Assembly: GCA_047150005.1 (NCBI GenBank)
Contig: AP038806.1
Location: forward strand, 288,001-352,000
Direction of reading: 5' to 3'
Origin: Nitrospira sp.
Lineage (GTDB): Bacteria > Nitrospirota > Nitrospiria > Nitrospirales > Nitrospiraceae
DNA: 64,000 bases
In this document: positions 42,083 to 52,596 of the stretch, piece by piece
Position numbering within the stretch: the stretch's first letter is position 1
Layout: each line of letters starts with the position of its first letter
The notes under the pieces: generated by a model
The model's input: only the letters and a program-made list of their open reading frames with translations
What the model was told of the DNA's origin: nothing
Database searches by the model: none
Translations under genes and position numbers: made by a program

Positions 42083-43867
42083 TCATGCCTTGCTGACATG
42101 ATACAGAGTCAACCCCGGCTTGAGTTTCGCCCTGGGAAGGATGTTTCGGTGCATTCGGAACGGCGGCAAGGTCTCCACCGGTTCCTGCCAGGCAAGCCTG
42201 AATCCCCATGAACGCCAGGACACCCCAAGGTCCTCTGGCCCTGTCACGAAGGCGTGTCCTCCGGTACGGAGCGCCGCGCCGAGTTCGCCGACGGACACCG
42301 CAAGAAGGTCCCGATCTGTGCCGAGGGCATAAGGAATCCAGACATAGGCCAGGTCATGGGAACCGGGCGCCGGCTGATCCGCCTGGTCGCCGCCCGCGAC
42401 CCGCAGCTTGATCCCTGCAAGCCAATCCCATCGCGTTAAGCTGGCGCAGATCGTCCACAATTGTTGCGCCTGCTTCTGTGCAAGCGCCGGAACGCTGACC
42501 CGCACCGTGTAACTCCGCGGCCGATCGAACGCCACACAGGTGGCGATGACTGCATCACCGTTGACGATGAGGATGCGTTGGGCTTCGGCAAGGATCCTTC
42601 CGATCTCACGATCCTGTTGGGCCGAGTCTTGGATGTAGTCCGCGACAAATGGCTGTGCGGCAAGCTCGTCGATCTCCATGTCGTCTTCGGGGTAGAACAG
42701 CACGGCCCCATAGGCGTCGTGCGGAGTGATCGGGGGTACCGCTGGAACAAAGAGCGATCGCCAATCGACCGGACTGATCGCCGTTTCGATCACAGGTTGT
42801 TCTCGGTGACCTTCCGGCAAGGGGACCCGCAACACCGACTTGCGATGCCGGTCCCGGAGGATCACGCATCCTTCGGCGACGTAGACCAGACGATCGCACG
42901 GGCTCACTCCGCTTGCGTTCGGGTTCACATACGGCAATCCGGCGGGATCGTCGACAAGCGTCACCTTCTGCAGCAAGTCCCCTTTGAAGGTCAGGCAACA
43001 GTCGTGCGCCGCGTCGAAATATCGCAGCGGCGGCGACGGCGACGGAAACCACTGCACCTCATGGGCGTGCGCCTGATCCATGAAGACGGTATGGACGTCG
43101 CGGTGTCCGGACACCTGTGGAGTGAAATACGAGCTGAACAATCGAAAGGCGGCTTCGGAAGGATAGGTGGGTATCCCCCGATAGCGGAGTGCAGTGGGAG
43201 CCGACCGAGTCTGGTGCTGATCGTCGTAGAGTCCGCGGATCAATTCGAACGCGGCCGATCCGGTGCCGGGCAGCAGCGACTTGAAGAGCTCGACCACCGG
43301 CAGAAAGTCGATATTGGCCCAATTCATGGCGCCCATGCAGGACATGAAGCGTCCGCCGGAGAAATCCCCCTCTTCGAGTTGGTAGAACGCGTCCTTCCGA
43401 TGTCGGATCCTGGCGATTCCGATCCTGTCTATGGACAAATCTTCGTCTCGATAGAACCAGCGGACTTCCTCAACGGGCACCTGCAGGGCCTGCGCGGCCA
43501 TGCCCCGTAGATCATCGGGAGTGAGCCGCTGCCAGCCCGGCCTCGTGGCGAGGTTCAACCTCGTCTCGTTTACCAGCCCGGCGGGCTTGATGCCGACCCA
43601 CGCTCCCCAGTCCAGCCGGATCCTGGCGCGCAGGAGCGTGGGCATCCCCTCCGCATCCTGGCCCCATTCACACTCGTGGAGAGGGTGCCCCGCCGGGTCC
43701 GTCGCGAGAAATCGGCGGCCATCAGGGCGGTAGAAGACCAGATGCTCCGTGGGTCCGCGGACAACCGACCCTCCGGCCCGCTCAAAGTCGCCAACGAAAG
43801 AACGATTGGCGTGAAATCGAAGATGACCGGGAGTCTCGAGCGCGACAAGGACGGGATCGGCAGACAT
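42083..43867 (-). CDS. large hypothetical protein, possible degenerate methyltransferase-like C-terminus
   Basis: 594-aa ORF with native codon style; SHDLAY..ALRTGG.AFV resembles the end of a Rossmann methyltransferase. Confidence 0.7.
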   Translation of the reverse strand: MSADPVLVALETPGHLRFHANRSFVGDFERAGGSVVRGPTEHLVFYRPDGRRFLATDPAGHPLHECEWGQDAEGMPTLLRARIRLDWGAWVGIKPAGLVNETRLNLATRPGWQRLTPDDLRGMAAQALQVPVEEVRWFYRDEDLSIDRIGIARIRHRKDAFYQLEEGDFSGGRFMSCMGAMNWANIDFLPVVELFKSLLPGTGSAAFELIRGLYDDQHQTRSAPTALRYRGIPTYPSEAAFRLFSSYFTPQVSGHRDVHTVFMDQAHAHEVQWFPSPSPPLRYFDAAHDCCLTFKGDLLQKVTLVDDPAGLPYVNPNASGVSPCDRLVYVAEGCVILRDRHRKSVLRVPLPEGHREQPVIETAISPVDWRSLFVPAVPPITPHDAYGAVLFYPEDDMEIDELAAQPFVADYIQDSAQQDREIGRILAEAQRILIVNGDAVIATCVAFDRPRSYTVRVSVPALAQKQAQQLWTICASLTRWDWLAGIKLRVAGGDQADQPAPGSHDLAYVWIPYALGTDRDLLAVSVGELGAALRTGGHAFVTGPEDLGVSWRSWGFRLAWQEPVETLPPFRMHRNILPRAKLKPGLTLYHVSKA

Positions 43868-43916
43868 CTAACAGTTTACGGAAAGAATCACTGTGACATC
43901 CTTTTTCAGCATTCTG

Positions 43917-45251
43917 TCACTCACGGATCTGGCCGCTGCCGAGGACGACAAACTTCGAGCAGGTCAGTTCCTGCAGTCCCATCGGCCCACGCGCGTGGAT
44001 CCGGGATGTGCTGATTCCAATCTCCGCCCCAAGACCGAACTGATACCCGTCATTCAATCGGGTCGAGGCATTGACCAGGACGGCGCTGGCATCGACCTCC
44101 CGGAGGAATCGCATGGCTTTCTGATAGTTGCCGGTCACGATGGCTTCGGTATGGCGCGAACCGTAACGGGCGATATGCTCCAACGCTTCGTCGATGTTCT
44201 TCACCACTTTGACGGCCACGGTCAGGTCTAGAAACTCTTTTCCGTAGTCTTCGTCTGTCGCCGGCTTGGCGAGGGAGGAGAGTTGACAGGTCTTTGAGCA
44301 ACCGCGCACTTCCACCTCCGCCGCCGAGAGCTTCTCGACAAACCCGGCAAGCCAGGTGCGGGCAATTCCATGGTGGACCAACAGGGTTTCCATCGCGTTG
44401 CAGGTGGACGGCCGCTGGACTTTGGCGTTGAAGGCGATCCGATCCGCCATCGCGGCATCCGCATCGTCATCCACATATACGTGACAGACCCCTGCGTCGT
44501 GTTTGAGCACCGGAATGGTGGAATGCTCCGCCACCGTTCGCATCAGGGACTCGCCCCCGCGGGGAATAATCAGATCGATGAACCGATCCTGCTTCAAGAA
44601 GACAGGAACCGCCTCGCGATCAGCTCGTGTGATGAAGCCGATCGCGCCGGCCGGCACACCGGATTTCTCGGCGGCTTCCGACAGTACAGCTGCAATCGCG
44701 GTGTTGGAGTGAATCGCTTCGCTACCCCCGCGAAGAACGCAGGCGTTGCCCGACTTCAGACAGAGCGCCGCAGAGTCCGCAGTGACATTCGGACGGGATT
44801 CGTAGATGATGCCGATGACGCCGATGGGGACACGAACTCGCCCGACCTGCATTCCGTTGGGTCGGATCCACATCTTGGGGATCTCACCCAGCGGGTCGGC
44901 AAGCTTTGCCACCTCCCGGATGCCGTCGGCCATTTCGGAGATCCGTGAGGGGGACAACCGAAGCCGATCCGCCATCGCCTTTCGCTCCGGCGCTGTGCCG
45001 AACGCGTCGAGATCCTGCTCATTCGCGGCCAGAATCGACCCGGATTGCTCCTCCATGGCATCGGCCATGGCCAGCAATGCCCGATTCTTCACCGATGTCG
45101 ACAGGGTCGCGAGTTGTCCCGATGCTTGCCGCGCCCGCTTCACCAGGGCCTGTACATATTCTTGAGTGGATTGTTCAGGAACCTCGGAGGCCTCGATCGG
45201 CTCCTTGGATCCAACGGACAGGGCACGTTGGGTATTGTCAGCCATCACCAT
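43917..45251 (-). CDS. proA: gamma-glutamyl phosphate reductase
   Basis: IYESRPNVT, IIPRGG, CNAMETLL, EIGISTSRIHARGPMG; start uncertain. Confidence 0.96.
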   Translation of the reverse strand: MVMADNTQRALSVGSKEPIEASEVPEQSTQEYVQALVKRARQASGQLATLSTSVKNRALLAMADAMEEQSGSILAANEQDLDAFGTAPERKAMADRLRLSPSRISEMADGIREVAKLADPLGEIPKMWIRPNGMQVGRVRVPIGVIGIIYESRPNVTADSAALCLKSGNACVLRGGSEAIHSNTAIAAVLSEAAEKSGVPAGAIGFITRADREAVPVFLKQDRFIDLIIPRGGESLMRTVAEHSTIPVLKHDAGVCHVYVDDDADAAMADRIAFNAKVQRPSTCNAMETLLVHHGIARTWLAGFVEKLSAAEVEVRGCSKTCQLSSLAKPATDEDYGKEFLDLTVAVKVVKNIDEALEHIARYGSRHTEAIVTGNYQKAMRFLREVDASAVLVNASTRLNDGYQFGLGAEIGISTSRIHARGPMGLQELTCSKFVVLGSGQIRE

Positions 45252-45379
45252 CCTGCTTTCTTCAGCGAATTGCCTTGTGCGTGAAACAGAATACCGTGGG
45301 AGTTTCCAAGGGGTCAAGGCACTCGGGCACCCCTCCGCGTCGGTGTGCTGAAAACCCCGCAGCTCGCATGTCTGTCCGG

Positions 45380-45994
45380 CTAGGGGGCAGAGGGCGGGAT
45401 TGTAGCGTCGCCAGGCCTCTGGGGCGAATCCGAAGGCTGGGATTCCGTTTGATCGAGTGCGGTGGGAAGCTGGTCGATCCCGCGTGGGGGCGGTGCATTG
45501 ACCGGAGAAGTAGGGAGGAACGCGCTGGTCATGGACGGATTGGGAAACTGAAAAATCCAGTCCCGATAGCTCTTTTTGCCGTCGAAGTGGCGGACGGGCA
45601 AGGGAAACTCATGTTTCCTGATCGGCTCCGCGACGCTTCTGCTTCGGACTCCCATGATGCCGCCGGAGGGTCCCTTGAGATATTCCCACTCGACATGAGT
45701 CATGGGATCGCGATAGGGTTTGCGCAGAAACGGCTTTGGCGATCTCGTCAATTCGGCCAAGGATTGAGGATACACTTCTCCCTGCGTGACGCGACCGGCC
45801 TTCATCGTGGAGGAATAGAGTGCGAGGGCATTCTGAATCTCGATACCCTTGGTGAGCAAATCCGCTTCCTGTTCCCGCTGAATCATGCCTTTCCATTGCT
45901 TGGCGGCGGTGGTCGTCGCGATGCCGATCAGGACGATCGCAAACATGAGAAACAGATAGGTGATGCCGCGCTCGTTGCCGGAAAGCCTCGCCAT
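45380..45994 (-). CDS. type II secretion minor pseudopilin-like protein
   Basis: ERG|ITY class III leader (no Glu+5), RE.E..L, LRKPYRDPMT. Confidence 0.8.
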   Translation of the reverse strand: MARLSGNERGITYLFLMFAIVLIGIATTTAAKQWKGMIQREQEADLLTKGIEIQNALALYSSTMKAGRVTQGEVYPQSLAELTRSPKPFLRKPYRDPMTHVEWEYLKGPSGGIMGVRSRSVAEPIRKHEFPLPVRHFDGKKSYRDWIFQFPNPSMTSAFLPTSPVNAPPPRGIDQLPTALDQTESQPSDSPQRPGDATIPPSAP

Positions 45995-46002
45995 GACACG
46001 CC

Positions 46003-46572
46003 CTAGGGTTGAGGGGCAGCTTCTTCTGACAGCGGAACCGCATATTCAAGGAGAGACTTTCGATCTTCCAACGTGACGCTGTCCGGAGTGATCGCTTTCA
46101 CGACCACGTGGTTCTCAACCGTCTCGCCCTTGCGGACGACGTGCAGATCATCGTTCTTCGTCAGGACGGCCAGGTCACGCTGATTCTCCCGATCGCTTCC
46201 CTCCTTCCGCACGAAGCCCAAGTAACGAAATTGTGCCAATTCCATCAGGATCGCTTGTTGCTGTTGCGCTATGTCCGGAACGGCCTCCGAGGCAGGCCCG
46301 GCCCCCTCAGCCGTCCCCGGCAAGGAGAAAATGTTCCTGGGCATGACGAAAGAGAGGCTTCGCTGATCCCGCGAGGATGTCAAGAGATCAAGTTGCACGT
46401 GCAGGCCACCGCCGGGACCTTTCCGTCCTTGCTGAATTAGTCGGTGACCCGACATGTTGGTAAGAGGAACACGAACCGGTTCTTCCGCCGTCGACCACAG
46501 CCACATTCCGGCTGCTCCCCAGATCGCGAGGAGAATCACCAGTACACCCGCCTTCTGGTACCCGCCGTTCAT
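46003..46572 (-). CDS. PilP/GspC-like membrane-anchored protein
   Basis: N-terminal TM, RNIF, FRYLG..VVRKGETV..ITPDSV; position after pilO. Confidence 0.65.
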   Translation of the reverse strand: MNGGYQKAGVLVILLAIWGAAGMWLWSTAEEPVRVPLTNMSGHRLIQQGRKGPGGGLHVQLDLLTSSRDQRSLSFVMPRNIFSLPGTAEGAGPASEAVPDIAQQQQAILMELAQFRYLGFVRKEGSDRENQRDLAVLTKNDDLHVVRKGETVENHVVVKAITPDSVTLEDRKSLLEYAVPLSEEAAPQP

Positions 46573-46581
46573 CGATCCCCT

Positions 46582-47142
46582 TTACTGTGCAGCTCCAGGC
46601 GAGGTCTCACCGGCTTTGAGATAGGTCGCAATTTTGATGTTAAACGTCAGTGACCGATCTTGACGCTCCGGCGCGCGTACCAGATCCACATCTTCGATAT
46701 AGACCAGCTCTTCGGCAGTCTCGAGGTCGAAGAGAAATCGTCTGAGATCCTCATACTTCCCGGTTATTGTCCCTTGCAGAATCCCGCGGGCAATATGAGG
46801 GACGGGCGTGGACTCCGTTTTGTAGGATAGAGCCGGCAAGGCTACGTGGTTTTGCTTGGCCTCCTCCGTAATACCCAACGCCAAGGGAGCGAAATCCCGT
46901 TCGTCAGGAAGGGCTGCCCATACCTGGGCTAAGTCCTTCTTCGCCTGCCGTGCCTCCAGGTGAACCTGATGGGCTCTGCGAGCCTGCAACCACTCCTGTT
47001 CGAGTTTGGCCAGCTGCATGTCCGTCGATCCGACTCCAAAAGACCTGGTCAGCCACAGAATCCCGAACAGCAGCAGGGAGAGCCCCACCCTTGGGATCAA
47101 CGGCCCATATGGACTTTTGAGCGCCTCGATCAATCGATTCAT
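46582..47142 (-). CDS. pilO: PilO/GspM-like protein
   Basis: TM, coiled coil, GKYEDLRRFL..LE ferredoxin-like domain. Confidence 0.8.
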   Translation of the reverse strand: MNRLIEALKSPYGPLIPRVGLSLLLFGILWLTRSFGVGSTDMQLAKLEQEWLQARRAHQVHLEARQAKKDLAQVWAALPDERDFAPLALGITEEAKQNHVALPALSYKTESTPVPHIARGILQGTITGKYEDLRRFLFDLETAEELVYIEDVDLVRAPERQDRSLTFNIKIATYLKAGETSPGAAQ

Positions 47143-47771
47143 GCCCCGGATGCCCTCGCCGAGTTGTACTTCAATGAAAGGTCGAACTCGACCAGTCCGT
47201 CCCCTCCCAGATGATGCTGCCCGAGCACGGGATCCCGAAAGACAGGGTGGTCCTGAAGTTTCACCGTCAAGGCGGTGATGTCCTCAACCGCGATGGCCGC
47301 ACCTGTCAGATGAATCATTCCTCCCACCGAATCGAGTCGAACGCTCTTGATCGAGACGCGCTGAGGAATCGCCTCCTCCAGACCGGATAGGAACTGGGTC
47401 CATGAAAAGCTGTGTTTGGCCAGCAATTCATTGGCCAACCTCACCTCCGACGGCAAGGCTTGCAGGGTCGGAGCCGACAGATCGATCCCTTCCTGTTGAG
47501 CACCGGCCATGAGCCGGCGATCCTCCTCCCGGACTTGATCGAGACGAGTCTGCATCTCGCGCAGTTCTGCAAGTCGGTTCACCGCGAGCGTGACGGTCCA
47601 TGCGATCCACACACAGGCCAGGATACAGAGTGCGGCGAGCCCGGTTCGTACCGGTTTGACATACCATCGGTACCGACTGGCGAGGTTGAGATGAAAATAT
47701 CGCGCACCGCTTGTTCCAGGCCGTGGAATCCTGTCGAGTGACATGACCGATGAGAGCTTCCGAATGTTCAT
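47139..47771 (-). CDS. pilN: PilN-like protein
   Basis: LNLAS, TM, coiled coil, SWTQFL..LE..IP..V..LTG.A. Confidence 0.8.
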   Translation of the reverse strand: MNIRKLSSVMSLDRIPRPGTSGARYFHLNLASRYRWYVKPVRTGLAALCILACVWIAWTVTLAVNRLAELREMQTRLDQVREEDRRLMAGAQQEGIDLSAPTLQALPSEVRLANELLAKHSFSWTQFLSGLEEAIPQRVSIKSVRLDSVGGMIHLTGAAIAVEDITALTVKLQDHPVFRDPVLGQHHLGGDGLVEFDLSLKYNSARASGA

Positions 47772-47774
47772 CGC

Positions 47775-48770
47775 TCAGATCATCCCTGCCACTGCCGGGA
47801 GGGCCGCTAGAGACGTTCCGCCACCGCAGGCCTTCCATCCCAGCACGTCGATATGGTTCCAGGTCAGACATTCCACGGACACACCAAGTTCGCGGCTCAG
47901 CGTCGATTCCCAATGCCGGCTCGAATCCGCTGTCATGAGGATGATTTCCTTCGCCTGCACGTGAGGGTACTGCTCCTGACAGGCCACAAACGACGCCGAG
48001 ATTTCCCGCAGCACTCTCTCTTCGATATCGCCCGCCTCCTGAGCCGAATGCACCTGCTCTTCGGGGAGGAGTTTAGTCCGAACAAACACCGGTCGCTTCT
48101 GGTGCAAGATGAAGCAGGTGAGCGCCCCGTCCATCACCGTGACCCATGCCAGATCATGGTCCAGCCTGCGAAAGCCGCCCGCGGCTCTCAACCAGAGGTT
48201 GAACGAGCTGAAACTCGTCACACCCACTTCCTGCGGAACGAAACCGACGGCCTCGCAGACCGTTTCGTATTGATGCAAGATGCCATCCTGGATGACGACG
48301 ACCAAGACCAAATGGGAATCGTCACCGGTCTCGGAGGCGGGGAACACCTGCCAGATCAATTTGGTTCCGGAAAGCGGAAGACGCTGTTCCTGTCCGAGCC
48401 TCCATCGGATGAGAGCCTCGAGTTCTTCGTTCTGCGACGGCACGTGATCCAGTGAGAGAATGATCGTACGGACCGCCAAGTCGGACAACAACAAGGTGAT
48501 CGGCCGAGGTAATTCCCGTATCCCGATGTGCTTCACCCACCGCACCCGCCCGGGGAAGCCCGCGAGCGAACGAAGCCGTTCTTCCACCGCAACGTGGTTG
48601 ATCACATTGGGCTCGATTGGCGACAGCTTGATCGAGTCTGCCGGCAGCGGCAACGACTGGCACCGGTAGCAATGCCGGCCCCGCCACGTCCGGACGTGTT
48701 CCCCCCAGACCAAGCCCCTGCTCCCGACCTTGAGACAGAACCGAGGTTTTCCGCCCCCGAATCCGAACAT
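47775..48770 (-). CDS. pilM: PilM-like actin-fold protein
   Basis: Position between the ATPase and pilN; LLLSD..VR, YE..C.A.G, VFVR. Confidence 0.7.
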   Translation of the reverse strand: MFGFGGGKPRFCLKVGSRGLVWGEHVRTWRGRHCYRCQSLPLPADSIKLSPIEPNVINHVAVEERLRSLAGFPGRVRWVKHIGIRELPRPITLLLSDLAVRTIILSLDHVPSQNEELEALIRWRLGQEQRLPLSGTKLIWQVFPASETGDDSHLVLVVVIQDGILHQYETVCEAVGFVPQEVGVTSFSSFNLWLRAAGGFRRLDHDLAWVTVMDGALTCFILHQKRPVFVRTKLLPEEQVHSAQEAGDIEERVLREISASFVACQEQYPHVQAKEIILMTADSSRHWESTLSRELGVSVECLTWNHIDVLGWKACGGGTSLAALPAVAGMI

Positions 48771-48771
48771 C

Positions 48772-50520
48772 TCAGCTTTCCTCGTTGAACGTGACGCGAT
48801 TGATCTCGCGCAACGTCGTGGATCCTTCGATCACCTTTCGCACGGCGGATTGCCGCAAGGTGATCATGCCCGACGTCACGGCCCGATACCGGATTTCGGA
48901 CAGCGGCCGTTCAGCCAGAATCATTTCCTTGATCTCATCGGTCAAGTCCAGGAATTCGGTGATGCATTTCCTTCCTCGATAACCGGTTCCCAGACATTCC
49001 TGGCATCCTTTGCCCTGATAGAACGGAAGGTCCTTATATTCTTCATAGTCCAGCCCTGATTCCTGAGCGAGCGCCTGATCGAGTTTGACCACTATCCGAC
49101 AGGCCTGACAGACGATACGGATGAGCCGCTGAGCCAACACACAGTTGAGCGCCGCTAAAAAGTTGTAGGAATCGATGCCCATGGACGCAAACCGGCCGAT
49201 CACGTCGAAGACGTTATTGGCATGGACGGTGGTCAGCACGAGATGCCCGGTCAGCGCCGACTGAATGGCGATCTGAGCCGTTTCGGCATCGCGAATCTCT
49301 CCGACCATGATCTTGTCGGGATCGTGTCGCAGGATCGATCGCAAACCGCGGGCGAAGGTCAGGCCTTTCTTCTCATTGACCGGGATTTGCACGACACCGG
49401 GCAGCTGATACTCGACGGGGTCTTCGATCGTGATGAGCTTGTCCTCTTTCACGTTCATTTCGGTAATCGCGGCGTACAGCGTCGTCGTTTTTCCGCTCCC
49501 GGTCGGACCGGTCACCAACACCATGCCGTACGGCCTCGTAATGGCGCGCCGGAAGCGTTTGAGGTCTTCCTCGTTGAATCCTAATCGATCCAACCGCAGT
49601 GCGGACACCCCGGTCGTGATCGCTTCTCGATCCAGAATCCGAATGACCACCGATTCTCCGAAGACGCTGGGAAGGATCGAAACCCGAAAATCCACCGTCT
49701 TGCGCTCCAGTCTCATCCGAAAGCTGCCGTCCTGCGGCACGCGTCGTTCCGCGATATCGAGATCTGACATGACCTTGAGCCGGGAAACCAGCGGCGCATG
49801 TAATCGAATGTCGAGCGGCTCCATGGCCGGTACAAGAATCCCGTCAACGCGAAACTTGACCTTGGTGGCGCGATCCGCGGCTTCGATATGGATGTCACTC
49901 GCGCGACGCTGCATCGCGCTCAACATGATGGAGTCGAGCAGCTTGACCGCGGGGCTTTGGTCTTCCCCCCCTTGGTCAATTGTGAGGATTTCATCTCCCC
50001 GCTCATCTTCTTTTACGAGGACCGACCGGTATTCCGCTTCCAACTCTCGAAGCGCTTGGCTCGAGCCTTCGCTTCGGTCCAGGGCCACGAGAATGGCGTT
50101 GCGCGGGCTGACCACGAGTTCCAATTCTCGGCCGAGCAGTAATTCCAGCTCATCGAGCGCGAGGAGGTTCTGGGGATCGGGAACGGCGACGACAAGCCGG
50201 CCACCTTGGTCGGCGATCGGAACGAACGGATGGCGCTGCATCAGCTTGACCGACATGGAATCGTAGAACGATTGGTCCACACGGAAGTCCGCCAGAGGAT
50301 CGAACGGAAGGCCAAACTGAACCGCCAGCGCCCGAGCCAACTGCTCCTCGGACAGAACGCCTTCGCTCACCAGAGTCTGACCGAGCCCGGCCGACACGCC
50401 GTGCAACCGGTCGAGCGTCTGCTCCACAGTCTGCCTCGGCAGCAGTCCCTCGCTGACGAGCACGTCGGCCAGTGTCGGTCTTGCGCCGGGCTTGGTCGTC
50501 ATTCCCTGTCTGTGGCTCAT
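48772..50520 (-). CDS. gspE: GspE/PilB family assembly ATPase
   Basis: ASDIHIE, GPTGSGKTT, TIEDPVE, MVGEIRD, CxxC..CxxC; likely start at 50520. Confidence 0.95.
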   Translation of the reverse strand: MSHRQGMTTKPGARPTLADVLVSEGLLPRQTVEQTLDRLHGVSAGLGQTLVSEGVLSEEQLARALAVQFGLPFDPLADFRVDQSFYDSMSVKLMQRHPFVPIADQGGRLVVAVPDPQNLLALDELELLLGRELELVVSPRNAILVALDRSEGSSQALRELEAEYRSVLVKEDERGDEILTIDQGGEDQSPAVKLLDSIMLSAMQRRASDIHIEAADRATKVKFRVDGILVPAMEPLDIRLHAPLVSRLKVMSDLDIAERRVPQDGSFRMRLERKTVDFRVSILPSVFGESVVIRILDREAITTGVSALRLDRLGFNEEDLKRFRRAITRPYGMVLVTGPTGSGKTTTLYAAITEMNVKEDKLITIEDPVEYQLPGVVQIPVNEKKGLTFARGLRSILRHDPDKIMVGEIRDAETAQIAIQSALTGHLVLTTVHANNVFDVIGRFASMGIDSYNFLAALNCVLAQRLIRIVCQACRIVVKLDQALAQESGLDYEEYKDLPFYQGKGCQECLGTGYRGRKCITEFLDLTDEIKEMILAERPLSEIRYRAVTSGMITLRQSAVRKVIEGSTTLREINRVTFNEES

Positions 50521-50552
50521 TCCACACCCCGCGCTGTGAGCGATGCTCCCCT

Positions 50553-51764
50553 TCACACTGTCCCGGCCATCTGGAAGACCGGCAGATACATGACAATCAC
50601 GATTCCCCCGACCAACACTCCCATCACCAGCAAGAGCACCGGTTCGATCCATGTCGTCAGCTGGGTCAATCGAAGATCGAGATCTCCCTCGTAGAACTCA
50701 GCAACATCGTGAAGCATTGTTTCCAGGGCCCCTGTTTCTTCTCCGACCGAAAGCATTTCGATGGCGAGTTTTGGAAACACACCGGGTCGGCCCAACGCGG
50801 CGGCCAGTGTGGTGCCCTCGCGAATATCATCCACGGCATCCCCGACTCCCGCGGCAATGTAGCGATTGGAGACCGCTCCCTTGGTGATGTGCAAGGCGTC
50901 GACGAGGGGAGTTCCACCGGCAAGGATGGTTCCCAACGTTCTGGCCAACTGGATCGTATGGTGCTTCACGAAAATCTGCCCCAGAAGCGGCGCCCGTAAT
51001 AGCATGCGATCGACCGTCAGATGTCCCGCCGGCGTCGCATAATACGCCCGCCCCGCCAGGAGAACCGCCGCCAGCGATACCGTCATCGGAATCAGATACG
51101 CTCGCGCTGCCGTCACGAGATCGATCAACGCCTGGGTCGCCGCCGGCAAGGTCTTGGCCGATTCACTGTAGACGGAAATGAACGTGGGCATGACGTACGT
51201 CAGCAAGAATCCGATGACGCCGACGCCGACCAGGATCAGAAAGCCGGGATAGGCCAGTGCTTTGCCAACTTTTTGACGAAGCCCGATCATCAGTTTCAAG
51301 TAGGTGATGAAACGCTGCAACACGTCCGCCACGTTTCCCGATTGTTCGCCCGCTTTGAAGGTGGCGATGTAGAGCTCGGAAAAATAGGCGGGATGTTTGG
51401 CAAGCGCTTCGGAAACGGAAGCGCCGCCGCGAATGTCCTGGCGCACCATCCGGAGTACCTGTTGAAATCCTGAATGACGCGCCCGTTCGATCAGGAGATC
51501 CCACACCCGAAGCACAGGCAACCCCGCCTTCACCAATGCCAGTAACTCCTGGTTGAAAATGAGAAATTCGCCGAGGGGCAGCCCTCGGAAGGCCGAGAGA
51601 CTCATGGTGGAACCGCCGATCGCTCCGCCGCGGCGTTGGAGTTTGAAAACGAGATACCCCTCCCCTTCAAGCCTGGCGCGGACGAGTGACTCCTCCTCGC
51701 CCTCGACCTGGCCGTCTAGGGTCGATCCATCCGGGCGAGCGACTCTGTACGAGAAGACGGGCAT
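50553..51764 (-). CDS. gspF: GspF/PilC inner-membrane platform protein
   Basis: AGEQSG, ALAYP, VGEETG.L, IEP..MYLPVF. Confidence 0.95.
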   Translation of the reverse strand: MPVFSYRVARPDGSTLDGQVEGEEESLVRARLEGEGYLVFKLQRRGGAIGGSTMSLSAFRGLPLGEFLIFNQELLALVKAGLPVLRVWDLLIERARHSGFQQVLRMVRQDIRGGASVSEALAKHPAYFSELYIATFKAGEQSGNVADVLQRFITYLKLMIGLRQKVGKALAYPGFLILVGVGVIGFLLTYVMPTFISVYSESAKTLPAATQALIDLVTAARAYLIPMTVSLAAVLLAGRAYYATPAGHLTVDRMLLRAPLLGQIFVKHHTIQLARTLGTILAGGTPLVDALHITKGAVSNRYIAAGVGDAVDDIREGTTLAAALGRPGVFPKLAIEMLSVGEETGALETMLHDVAEFYEGDLDLRLTQLTTWIEPVLLLVMGVLVGGIVIVMYLPVFQMAGTV

Positions 51765-51800
51765 GACTCGATTCGCAGAGTAGGTTGAGGCCCAAACGCC

Positions 51801-52592
51801 TTAGGGAATCGATTCCGTAGAGCCTGAGGTAGCCGCTCGTCCGGTCTGACCTCCCGGGATCAAGAGCGCCTGACCGATCTCGATGGTGTTGTCCGAAAGC
51901 TGATTGATCGCGCGCAGCTGGCGCAACGAGACGTGATGTCTCCTGGCAAGGCCCCACAACGTGTCTCCAGGCTTCACGAAAACCGTCCGCGATGAGGTCT
52001 CTTCTTGATAAGAGAGATTCCCTGCCATGTCGTCGGGATCCGACAGCGTACCCATCAACACAGCGGGTGTGGCGACCATTGCCGCTTTCTGCACCCTACG
52101 ACCGGATCCTTCTCGGAGCGCCGGCACGACATCCTGAACTCCGTCTTTGGAAAGACCTGACTTGGACAGATGGTTTTGCAGCCGCTTCAGCTGGCTGTGC
52201 AATTGGAGGCTGCTGCGAGACAGACGCTCCCGTTCCGCTCGCGCCGCCACAAGTTCCTCGCGCTGCAGTTCGATCACCTGCTTGGCCTCGGCGACACGGC
52301 GCTCCGCTTCCCGGACTCGGCCCTCGAGTTGGGCACGAGCCACCTGCGCATCCGCCAACTCCTGTCGGCGCACTTCCAATTCGGTCCGCAACTCCGTGAT
52401 CGTACGTTGCGTATCCCTGACTTGCGTCTTGAGCGTGTCGATGGTCAGTTGAAGGTCGACCACCTCCGGTTCTGCCATGGGTTCAAGTTCTCCACAGGCA
52501 ACATTTGATAAGGCCGCGAAAGACAGAACGACCACCGCGCCAAACCGCATTAGCCTCACGCACCCGTCGGTTTCATGGCCGAAGAACATCAT
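51801..52592 (-). CDS. LysM-domain coiled-coil protein, probable lipoprotein
   Basis: NVAC lipobox, long coiled coil, VKPGDTLWGLAR..N.L..I..GQ.L.IP; start uncertain. Confidence 0.85.
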   Translation of the reverse strand: MMFFGHETDGCVRLMRFGAVVVLSFAALSNVACGELEPMAEPEVVDLQLTIDTLKTQVRDTQRTITELRTELEVRRQELADAQVARAQLEGRVREAERRVAEAKQVIELQREELVAARAERERLSRSSLQLHSQLKRLQNHLSKSGLSKDGVQDVVPALREGSGRRVQKAAMVATPAVLMGTLSDPDDMAGNLSYQEETSSRTVFVKPGDTLWGLARRHHVSLRQLRAINQLSDNTIEIGQALLIPGGQTGRAATSGSTESIP

Positions 52593-52596
52593 GCTG

